Below are positions 39,882 to 50,666 of a stretch of DNA of 64,000 nt, in pieces. The notes beneath the pieces are model-generated. The model was given only the letters and a program-made list of their open reading frames with translations. It made no database searches and had not been told where the DNA came from. Origin of the DNA: Octopus bimaculoides (lineage: Eukaryota); NCBI RefSeq assembly GCF_001194135.2, contig NC_068981.1, positions 173,831,644-173,895,643 of the forward strand. Reading direction: 5' to 3'. A program made the position numbers and the translations under genes. Position 1 is the first letter of the stretch. Every line of letters begins with the position of its first letter.

Positions 39882-40658
39882 NNNNNNNNNNNNNNNNNNN
39901 NNNNNNNNNNNNNNNNNNNNNNNNNNNNNNNNNNNNNNNNNNNNNNNNNNNNNNNNNNNNNNNNNNNNNNNNNNNNNNNNNNNNNNNNNNNNNNNNNNNN
40001 NNNNNNNNNNNNNNNNNNNNNNNNNNNNNNNNNNNNNNNNNNNNNNNNNNNNNNNNNNNNNNNNNNNNNNNNNNNNNNNNNNNNNNNNNNNNNNNNNNNN
40101 NNNNNNNNNNNNNNNNNNNNNNNNNNNNNNNNNNNNNNNNNNNNNNNNNNNNNNNNNNNNNNNNNNNNNNNNNNNNNNNNNNNNNNNNNNNNNNNNNNNN
40201 NNNNNNNNNNNNNNNNNNNNNNNNNNNNNNNNNNNNNNNNNNNNNNNNNNNNNNNNNNNNNNNNNNNNNNNNNNNNNNNNNNNNNNNNNNNNNNNNNNNN
40301 NNNNNNNNNNNNNNNNNNNNNNNNNNNNNNNNNNNNNNNNNNNNNNNNNNNNNNNNNNNNNNNNNNNNNNNNNNNNNNNNNNNNNNNNNNNNNNNNNNNN
40401 NNNNNNNNNNNNNNNNNNNNNNNNNNNNNNNNNNNNNNNNNNNNNNNNNNNNNNNNNNNNNNNNNNNNNNNNNNNNNNNNNNNNNNNNNNNNNNNNNNNN
40501 NNNNNNNNNNNNNNNNNNNNNNNNNNNNNNNNNNNNNNNNNNNNNNNNNNNNNNNNNNNNNNNNNNNNNNNNNNNNNNNNNNNNNNNNNNNNNNNNNNNN
40601 NNNNNNNNNNNNNNNNNNNNNNNNNNNNNNNNNNNNNNNNNNNNNNNNNNNNNNNNNN
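39882..40658. other. Assembly gap (N run)
   Basis: N run; other gaps at 6838-6854, 21236-21551, 47569-47584 and 62369-63361, mostly inside or beside repeats. Confidence 1.
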
Positions 40659-40695
40659 ATTATTAATCATATTGTATCTTTTTCATGAACAATAG

Positions 40696-41800
40696 CATCC
40701 TCATCATCGTTTAACGTCCATTTTCCATGCTGGCATGGGTTGGACGGTTTGACTGAGATCTGGAGAGCCAGCAGCTGCACCAGACTCCAATCTGATCTGG
40801 CAATGTTTCTACAACTGGATGCCCTTCCTAATGCCAACCACTCCGAGAGTGTAATGGGTGCTTTTTATGTGCCACCAGCACAAGAGCCAGTCAGGTGGGC
40901 TTGGCATCAATCACGCTTGGATAGTGCTTTTTACATGCCACTGGCATGGGGCCAATCAAGAGGTACTGGCATCATCCACGTTTGGTTGGTAATTTTTATG
41001 TGCCACCGGCACAAGAGCCAGTTAGTGGGTACTGGCATCTGCCATGTTTGGATGTGGTTTTTTATGTGCCACTAGCATGGGAGCCAGTCAGGTGGATCTC
41101 ACACTGACAGCATTCGGATGGTGCTTTTTTACATGCCACCAGCATGGGAGCCAGTCAGCGGGCACTGGCCACAGCTACGATATTGGTTTTACTTGACTCA
41201 ACAGGTCTTCTCAAGCATGTCATATTGCACAACACATCAGGGGTACTCTTAACTGGGCTGGACATGCATGGCTGCAATCTCACTTTAGTTGCCGGGTCTT
41301 CTCGATCACAGCATATCTCCAAAGGTCTCGGTCTCCTGTCACTGCCTATGTGCAGCCTAATGTTCGAAGATCATGCTTCACCACCTCATCCCCTGTCTTC
41401 CTGGGCCTACCTCTTCCACAGGTTCCTTTCATAGTTAGGGAGTGATACTTCCTCACACAGCTGTCCTCATCCATATGTAACACATGACCATACCAGCACA
41501 GACACCTCTCTTGCACACCACACTTGATGCTTCTTATGCCTAACTTTTCTCTCAGGGCACTTATACTCTGTTGTGTACACACACTGACATTACACATCCA
41601 GTGGATCATACTAGCTTCATTTCTTTCAAGCCTACACATGTCCTTAGCAGTCATGGCCCATGTTTCACTGTTGTGTAGCATGGCAGTTCACACACATGCA
41701 TCATACAGTCTACCTTTCATCCTGAATGAGAGGCCCTTAGTTCCTAGCAGAGGTAGGAACTCCCTGAACTTTGCCCAGGCTATTCTTATACTAGCCACTA
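40696..41800 (-). mobile_element. 5'-truncated RTE-clade LINE: ORF C-terminus, 3' UTR with tandem units and (GAT)n tail
   Basis: Minus ORF MLHNSETWAMT...LCWYGHVLHM...GTCGRGRPRKT matches the RTE post-RT region and is contiguous with the tail repeat found throughout the window. Confidence 0.85.
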
Positions 41801-43143
41801 CACAAGGCTTCAATGAAATTTTTGCTGTTTACTATTATAAGACATATACTGATTTGTCCAGGGGCCTATAATGCTACTAAGGAAACTCTGCTTTAACTAC
41901 ACAAAAAGTTATATGCATGGACAATACTTAATATAGGAATATTGTAATAAAAAATAAGTTCAAATTCTATATTTATGAGATGAGGAATTTGAAGGGCATC
42001 CAGCTGTAGAAACTCTGCCAAATTAGATTGGAGCCTGGTGTAGCCATCCGGTTGCACCAGTCCTCAGTCAAATCGTCCAACCCATGCTAGCATGGAAAGC
42101 GGACGTTAAACGATGATGATGATGATGATGATTGTTTATATTAGTCAGACTTGATTGTTGCAGAGATGAATACAATATGGGAGCAAATAATTAAGAAAGA
42201 AAAGCACAAATTGCCACAGTAGATTACATAGACATTAGGTTTATAAGTCTCAAAAATTCACTCTGTCACTGCCTACAGGCATAGCATAGTAGATAAAGAT
42301 GTTGGTTAATGCAATGCAGTCACCTAGAGGTTCTGAGTTCAATCCCAGGCAAGGCACTATGGTAGTTCATGAAATGCAGAGAACATTAACCCCTGTGGAT
42401 CAAATAAAGGATTAGGGTTGAAATTCTGATATAATACAAGACATCTGAAGAAAGCTGGAGTGCACAACAACTGAAACATACTGAAAGCAAAAATCAAGAT
42501 GAGGACACCATTCTGACTAATATGAACAGTATACATAATAACAAAATGTGTACTAATTAAAAGAACATTTTTAACTCATTTTCTGTGTTATAAAATTGAC
42601 TTCAAGTAACTGCAACCAAGGAGTGTTTCACAATGTCTGGCATACATTGTGAGACATATCTAATTCATGGTTATATGTAGCACTTGTGCTGGTGCCCTGT
42701 TAAAAGCACCTAGAACACACTATGGAGTGGTTGGTGTTAAGAAAAGAAAAAACCATGCCAGAACAGACAATGGAGTCAGGTGCAGCCCCTGAACTTACCA
42801 GCTCCAGTAAAACTGCCCAATCCATGCCAGCATGGAAAATAGACATTAAATGATGATGATGATGAGTATTGACACCAAAATTGCAAAAATTTTCACAAGT
42901 CCATCATTTAGAAACCGAGAGAATCTTCTGAATTTAACACAATATAAAACAGATTTATGCTTTTTATGTCAGTAGTAGCATTCTAGAGAGTTGTAGATGT
43001 ATTCTGGCAGTTGGGGACTGTGTGGGCAGGAGCTTGCAGTGACATCAGGCTGTGCCTCTAGTATGTTCAGGTGATCTTAAGTAGTTTTGCTTCAAAAGCA
43101 AACAAAATCCCTTTCAGATAATGAAGCAAAGTGAATAACTTAC

Positions 43144-43332
43144 TCTCTGTCTGACAGTTTGAATGGAGTTATGATGTTCATGCCAACTTTTTTAGAAGCA
43201 TCATGAGTCAATAGTTTATGATCAGAATCCTCAATAAAGTTGGAGCGAGGTGCTATTGCAAATTCATCTTTGTGTATGAATCTTCCTTTCACTCTGATTC
43301 TGCAGTATTCAAGATCTTCAAGTTCTTCAAGA
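43144..43332 (-). CDS. SURF1: SURF1 exon 4
   Basis: LEELEDLEYCRIRVKGRFIHKDEFAIAPRS...GMNIITPFKLSDR; TAG/GTAAGT; phase 2-2. Confidence 0.95.
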
Positions 43333-43434
43333 CTAAAAGGAAAAAAAAAAATATATTATTACAATGAAGTAACAAAGTGAAAAGTTAAGAGACAATAAGT
43401 GGAAAACTTGGAAAACTAACAATTTTTAAAGTGG

Positions 43435-43650
43435 TGAACTGGCAGAATCATTAGCATGCCAGGCAAAATGCTTAGCGACATTTCATCCACCTTCACATTC
43501 TGAGTTCAAATTCTGCCAAGGTCAACTTTGCTTTTCATCCTTTTGGGGTCAATAAAGTAAGTACCAGTCAAGCACTGGGGTTGATAAAAATCGACTAACC
43601 CACTCCACTGAACTTGCTGGCCTTGTGCCAAACTTTGAAACTAATATTAT
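43435..43650 (+). mobile_element. tRNA-derived SINE, family B (central gtcaactttgcttttcatccttttggggtcaataaa domain)
   Basis: Repeated at about 20840-21030, 35438-35585, 43665-43880 and 52775-52975; B-box-like gagttcaaattc. Confidence 0.75.
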
Positions 43651-45566
43651 TAACATGCCTCAAAGAAACGAGCTGGCAGAAGCATTAGAATATTGGATAA
43701 AATGCCTAGCAGTATTTCTACTAACTTGTTACATTCTGAGTTCAAATTCTGCTAGGGTCAATCTTGCCTTTCATCCCTCCATGGTTGATAAAATGAAGTA
43801 CCATTCAAGTAATAGGATCAATGGTAATGATTAATGCCCTCCCCTCAGAATTGCTGGCTTTGGCCAAAAATATGTGAAACCATTATCATTCTGTGCTTTT
43901 ATAGAACACTTTCTCACATTGATACATATTGATATTACCTCAAGTATCATCACTCTCTTCCTCCTTTCAATCATTAGTATATCTGTAACACAAGCTCCAT
44001 TTATCTGCTTTGATTTTGTTATTTATTCTGTATTTTTTATGTAGTAGAAGCCAAGAAGCCAGGGTGGTGGATAACCAGCTGAGAGGTTAGTAGTTTGTAT
44101 CCAGTCACCAGCACTGTGGTGTGTCCATAGACAGGGTAAATGGCCAACATAGTACAGAGTAGGAACAACTCTAGCACTGTTATTGTTCTAGTCATTATGT
44201 AACCCTGGTCACACCCTAGTCAAGCAGACTTATGCCATATATATAGTTAGTTGGACAGCTGCAATGTGATATCTAACAATCCAGAGCTTATGCATAGTAG
44301 AGGACCATATAGGTATAGACATGGCTTTGTAGTTGAGAAGTTTGCTTTGAGAAAATATGGTGATGATAAGGAAATGACAACTACATGTGCAGCATCTTGG
44401 GAAGGTGTCTTATACTAATAACTGCCTTGTGAGTGAATTTGGTAGATGGAAAGTGTGAGGAAGCTTACTGAAAATGTATGTATGTATGTGTGTGTATAGG
44501 TGTATGTGTGTCTTTGTGTTTGAAAACCAATGCTGGTTTCTCTATACCCCAGTAACTTAGCTGTTTAGTAAAAAGAGACCAAGAGGATATGTAGTTCATC
44601 CACAATAATCCATAAAGAGCATAGGGCCGGTTTCCTGGTTTCTTTAGTGTACATATATATATATCCCTCTGTGGACGCGATACTGGTCCATCACAAGATT
44701 ACTTATTTTTACCAACTGAGTGGACTCGAGCAATATAAAATGAAGTGTTTTGCTCAAGAACAATATTACAACCATTAGACCAACACCCTAACCACTAAGC
44801 CATGCACCTCCACAACAGAATGCATACCAGACTTAAAATAAGTACTGGTGTCAATTTGTTTGACTAAACCCTTCAAGAAGGTAACCCATCATGGCCACAG
44901 TCCAATGACAAACAAATAAAAGAGTAAAAGGAAGAATATAGCAATTTGTCATGTGAGCATACTGCATTTATCATGTGAGCATACTGGTAGCTAGAATGAC
45001 ACATGAAGGGTATTTTGTTGATTCTGCAGCTATCCTAAATTGCGTGAAGTTTGGAGTGAGTGGGGGTGTAGTTGGGCGTAGTTGTCTGATCCAAGTTGGG
45101 AATAGAATGTAGAGGTAAGATGTATATTTCTAAAACAAGTGTTTCTAGAATATTTTAGTATACATTTATGAGGGCAATGGCCAGAACCATCACCCATCAA
45201 AGCACATGTTTCTGATTAAAGGCTACATATAATGGCTAGTGTGCAAGAGCTATTACTTGTTTAAATCATCTTGTAGCAGAGTGATTCATTATCAAGTGGA
45301 TATCTTATGAAACTGCAATGGTCAAATTAAAAAAAACAAATTGCATCCAAAACCATTTTTCTTGCTTACTCCTACCTTGTATACTCTCAACACCCAACTC
45401 TCAAAAGAGAGGGCTACACTTTTCCACTATCAGCTTTTTTGTAGTACGCACGCACTTATCATTTAACTTCATGATGCACATCTAATCAGCCATATCAACT
45501 CATTCTTCCTTATTCCCAGTTACAAAATGAGTGAAAATGAAATGTGAAGCATAAGAGCTCCCTTAC

Positions 45567-45688
45567 TTTTCAGGTAGAGGAATAGGGTCTGCCATAGTGC
45601 GATCCTCAAGCATCTTAATTAAATTAAGTTTCCATTCGCGACGACGAATTTGCCATGTCCCAAGGCCAAAAGTTGTTATGGGGATTAT
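45567..45688 (-). CDS. SURF1: SURF1 exon 3
   Basis: [40 protein letters not shown], containing the SURF1 signature FGLGTWQ; CAG/GTAAGG. Confidence 0.97.
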
Positions 45689-46963
45689 CTGGAAAAATAA
45701 AGAAGTATAAAACAATACAACTGTAATTGTTTGGATTATTTACTCTATTTTTAGTGGTATATATGACTGGCTTGATGCTGAATAGTTGTGAAAACTTAGG
45801 CAATAAATACAGCAACTAAAAACAAATTATGCTGTGTAACACAATTTTTGTCCTTGAATAGCAACTGTTATTTCCAATTTGCTTACTCCTGGAAAGTATG
45901 AAAAGCAGTTATTTCCTTCAAACTTTTCTTTTGTTTAATTTATTCAAACCCCAAAGAATCCTTCTCAACACATGGCGACGATGCTCCCCAACAGCTCCTA
46001 CTCATGATCAGAGATGCACATACTGTCAGCCACTAAGGGACATGCTCAACTGGTTATGGTCAAGCAACTGACAAGCAAATCTTTGGTATTGATCAGAATA
46101 TTTGTTATGATGATATTTCTGCTTCAGCAATTCAATACTGAATCTGTCTGAAATGTAATGGAAAATTGGCCAGTTTCAAAACATTGGTGTCCAGGTCACA
46201 AAAGCAAAGTTTGAAGGGAACAGTAGTCATTTCCTTTGATTTCTAGATAGAAGCAAGTAGGAAATAACACTTACTGACCAAAGTCAAAAAAAAATGTTAC
46301 ACAATGTTGAAACAACATTGTACATTGGATGCACCATGTTAACTCCATACAGCTACAATATGAACATATACTGTGAATGAGTGGTATATGTTAGGTTGCA
46401 AGAATGCTATGGATTGTAACCATGCTTGAGACAAATGAAGGAACTCCAGGAAAAGGCTTTGAGTTAATAGCTAAGCAGAGTTGATTGGTATTTTCTGGGT
46501 GTGTGTGTGTAGAGAGAGAGAGAGCCTAGTCTTTGAAATGCAGTTTCAGTAATGTTATTTATATGAGTGAGGTTGTTATAAAATATAATCAGGGACTGGG
46601 AGGCCCAGTTTTTGCAGCAACTTTGTAAGTCATGCATTTGGAGAAAGGGTATGATATAACTGTTCCCATCATATACACAATGTGTGTGACTTACTGCTGA
46701 TGAAAGAAACTAGGCCATGATGTCCTGCAAGCTTTTCTTTGATAGTATATCAGTTTATCAGAGGTAACATAGGTCCCAGATGATCTTAAGCTTAATCCTG
46801 ACAGTTTGGTGAAGTGGAGAATCTAGACTTAACTGTATTGTGCAAATGAACAATGAGAAGGCCCCCATGAATTTCAAACCAGACCCTATGATTTTAAGGT
46901 CTGATAATTAATCCATTCAACTATTTTACTGCTATAATAGAATACAAAATAAAAAGTTCTTAC

Positions 46964-47080
46964 CAAGAGTACATATCCTGAAGGACCTGATTTCTTTTTG
47001 GATACATATGGTTTGAGGCGAGGAACTTGTGAAGAAAACTGCTTCAGTGATAAACTCTTCAGAACAGAACATCTTTTGGG
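46964..47080 (-). CDS. SURF1: SURF1 exon 2
   Basis: PKRCSVLKSLSLKQFSSQVPRLKPYVSKKKSGPSGYVLL; TAG/GTAAGA; basic Ser-rich presequence ending at the start of TM1. Confidence 0.85.
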
Positions 47081-47157
47081 CTAAATAATAAATAAAGTTT
47101 TTTTTTAAGGAGATGTACAAAAACAATTGCAGCGTGGAACGTGTTTATAAGCCATTT

Positions 47158-47411
47158 AAAAACACAAAAACAGTTAGATTCACTTCAACATTTAAATTTA
47201 ATTTGTCAAAATATTTTCATCGCTTTGAAATTACAACCTGTTCACTGACAAAATTCCGTGCTGCATCTTGGAATTTTGTCAGTGAACAGGTCACAGTTTC
47301 AAAGCACAGAATTTTGTCAGTGAACAGGTAGCGGTTTCAAAGTGACAAAGATATTTTGACAAATTGAATTTAAATGTTGAAGTGAATCTAATGGTTTTTG
47401 TGAGTTTTTTT
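47158..47411. mobile_element. Foldback MITE in SURF1 intron 1
   Basis: Arms ttagattcacttcaacatttaaatttaatttgtcaaaatat / atattttgacaaattgaatttaaatgttgaagtgaatctaa with internal inverted subrepeats. Confidence 0.75.
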
Positions 47412-49915
47412 CAATAAATAAAGTGTTAAGTGTTAAAATATTTTGATAAAAGGTTCATATAAACAGAAGCACACACGTGTGTGTGTGTGTGTGTGTGTGT
47501 GTATGTTCTACAGGTTTGGCAATGCAAACAGGAAAAATAGAACTCAAAACACAAGTGCATATATATATNNNNNNNNNNNNNNNNTATATATATATATATA
47601 TATATATAGATACACTCTCTGAGTGGTTGGCGTTAGGAAGGGCATCCAGCTGTAGAAACACTGCCAAATCAGATTGGAGCCTGGTGTAGCCATCTGGTTT
47701 CAGCAGTCCTCAGTCAAATCGTCCAACCCATGCTAGCATGGAAAGCGGACGTTAAACGATGATGATGATGATGGGAAGGATGATTTGCTGTATGAATATA
47801 AGGTTCTGAGGTCACCATTGTGGCTGTTTGTTGATACCACCACCTTAACGTTGTCCGCTGATTATTAGTTTAACAAAAGTTGTTGTCACGTCGGGTTGAC
47901 TCCATGATTATTGGTTGAAGATGACAATGTTGGCGATGGTAGTTGTTGATAGCAGTGTGTCTGTATTCTTTCAACAGTTGTGCAGTGATAGACAATAACA
48001 ACTTGACCTTGTTCAGTAGTAAAGCTTTATTCACAACAGTGTGGGTTGAGTACAATGTTAATGTTTTATAAAGTTTTGTATAGAGATGAGTAGTGTTCAT
48101 GTGAGATGTCTATAATGTGGAGGCGGTAAATGAATGAATGTGTGAAGACATTAGTTGTGCTTTGTGTATATAGAAAGAGACTTGATGGAAGCGTTTCTAG
48201 AAAGCATGAGATAACGGCATTGAATTTGGTCTATACAGCCGGCGCATGTGGAAGAAGGATGTTCTTGTGTGAGAGAGGCCAGTGTTAATGCGATAGAGCA
48301 AAACTGCATGCTGGAAGTCCTTTAGAAAAGTGAGAAAAGAAACTCAATTAAAGCTGGCAGCAGCTACATTATGTAAGTGACAATCGGACGTAGTAGAGAG
48401 CGCCTTTTAGAGGGAGCTTGCTTATTCAGCCAATCACAGACTGAATAGAGCTGTAAACATACAGTGCTGTTTGAGTCTACCTGAGATCCAAAATGCATCT
48501 TTTAAGCTATGCTAGGACAGGCATGCTACACACACACATATATATATATATAGTTTTATTCTATATACACACGAGTATACATATATATAAAAATATACAT
48601 ACTCTATCTATCAGCTCTTGTTTAACCCAGACAAGCCCTAAAATCAAAGGGATTCCATCCTTGACCATTTTGCCTTTTTTTAAACACATTATCCCGTGTC
48701 CATTTTTTAAAAACAGTAGAGTGTGTAGTGTTTGCAGGGAGATTTGACTATTATTTCTAACAGATTGACTACGTAAATGCTCCTTCATTGGCTTTTATTT
48801 ATAGGTTGTTTATCTTCAGGCTGTCTCTGAATGAAGCAGACCCTTAAGAAAAACCTTTTGCAGCTACAACGATTCATTTTTTTTTTATCAATTCAAACTA
48901 CTCCATTCAATGCTTCCTCATATTTTAAAGAGGAAAGGGTGATTTAGTTACAATTCCTGGCAAGTACGAAAACCACAGTGTCCTTCCTTACTGGTGGTAA
49001 ACAGTGGCACTCAAAACTTCCTGACTAAACCATAGTTGTAACAAATGAGGAAATGCACGAACTAATTATTTTTTTATTCTTATACTTAGGTCAAAATCTA
49101 GTATTTTATAACACACAAACTAATGGTATGCGTAATTTAATAACACATTTATTCCTAGCTGTTCCTTTTTGGTTTATAGTAATTAATGATCTCAGTTGGA
49201 AAGAAAATTGAAAAACATCAAGGCTTTAGTAAAAGTATTTATGATATTGCATAATCTCGCCATTCGCCGTTATCCAGTTGTTAGTGCTTTTATCTATATA
49301 GGAAACAACTTGTTGATAATATTCTTATTTCTTTGTACGTATTTTATTGTCATAAAACCCAGATCCTTAAAGATAACGACAAAATGCCAGCAATATTTAA
49401 TTAATTACGACCCTTTACGCTTTGAAATGAAATGCAGCTGAGGTCAACTTCACATTTCATTCTTCTAGGGTTGATAAAATAAAATATCTTGTACTAGAGC
49501 GATTTAACATTCCTAAAAGCGCAGCCTAGGCATGAATTGAATTATCATAAAAGAACATGTTTTTTCAGAGATTAATTCTCCCGTCAGTGGTTTATCTAAA
49601 AAGCAGTCGACGTTTGAAGGTTAACGAATTCACTCTTTACATAACATAGAAGGAACAACTTCTGGCGATAATATCTTTCTGTAAATGCAACCGCATTTCA
49701 TTAGTGAGTTCATAACAAAATATATGATATTTATTGAACTAAAATATATTTTTTAGAAGTAAAACTTTCTGTATCGAAACTATTAGATTATAGGACAGTA
49801 CTTAAAGATACTTTTTATGTAAGTGAAAAGTCCTTAATTCGTAAAAAAATATTTGAAAAAACGTAACGAATAGGAAAATATATTCATGTTTTTCGTTAAA
49901 AGAACTTTTGTTTAC

Positions 49916-49954
49916 CTGTTGACTTAATAATCGTAAACAAGCATTCCACACCAT
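49916..49954 (-). CDS. SURF1: SURF1 exon 1 (start of putative mitochondrial targeting peptide)
   Basis: gtcATGG context; MVWNACLRLLSQQ; CAG|GTAAAC phase-0 donor joins in frame to exon 2; least conserved part, so less certain. Confidence 0.7.
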
Positions 49955-50169
49955 GACGGAGTACGACGTTCAAGCACAAAATATTACAGCGGTGCTATAA
50001 AAAGTTATGTCCCTTACAGAGAAAAGGTCTACTCTCTTGACTCTGGTCCACGTTAATAACTTCGGGAAAAGTTTGTGTTACAGATTCCTGTTTCACTATC
50101 TTATGTCTGTTAATGCTCCATGTCTGTGTATTACTTGTTGAGTTTGGAGGGTAAAGTATTGTCTATAAT

Positions 50170-50400
50170 CTTTGTAGGCTCCCTCAAAACCAGTAGGTTT
50201 GATGCCATTAATGTTCCTTTTAGACTATTGCAGGCCAAATCCTGCCGGAAAGACGAGTAGGGAGAAAAGTATAGAGCACCGATGTTCTAGGGAGAAGAGG
50301 ACTTGGCATAATGGCTAGTGCAGGTCCGAGGAGGTTGGTACATCATGAGTGATGAGAGGTGGAAAGATGAGTTGATTGGGGTTACGAGATCAAACTAGTT
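50170..50400 (-). mobile_element. Possible CR1/L2 LINE 3' remnant
   Basis: Minus strand SHYAKS.LPRTSVL... resembles the CR1/L2 ORF2 end; frameshifted. Confidence 0.35.
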
Positions 50401-50421
50401 TTGATGATTAGTAACAATAGA

Positions 50422-50666
50422 GGTAATCTTCAAGTTTAGGGGGATAAAAAAATAAATAAAAATATTCAAGGGAAATAACTGAATGACTTACCAGTATTAT
50501 CCGTTTTCTTCTAGCTGTTTATAAATAAATCACACCCTAACCCTAACGTCAATCAAATCACGTGTGTGATTTATTTATAAACAGAGATGTACGGAGAATA
50601 CTGGTAAGACGTTCAGTTACTTCCCTTGAATATTTTTTTTTTATCCCCCTAAACTTGAAGATTACC
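50422..50666. mobile_element. Foldback element with CCCTAACCCTAA core
   Basis: ggtaatcttcaagtttagggggataaaaaa... is the reverse complement of ...ttttttatccccctaaacttgaagattacc over about 100 bp. Confidence 0.75.

Noticed and set aside
48790-49030. Alternative SURF1 first exon (MNRCSCKRFFLR, ATG near 48865) or micro-exon with a GTAAGG donor near 48991
   Set aside because: The first has only a weak GTCTGC donor; the second has an upstream in-frame stop and incompatible phase. Exon 49916-49954 fits better.
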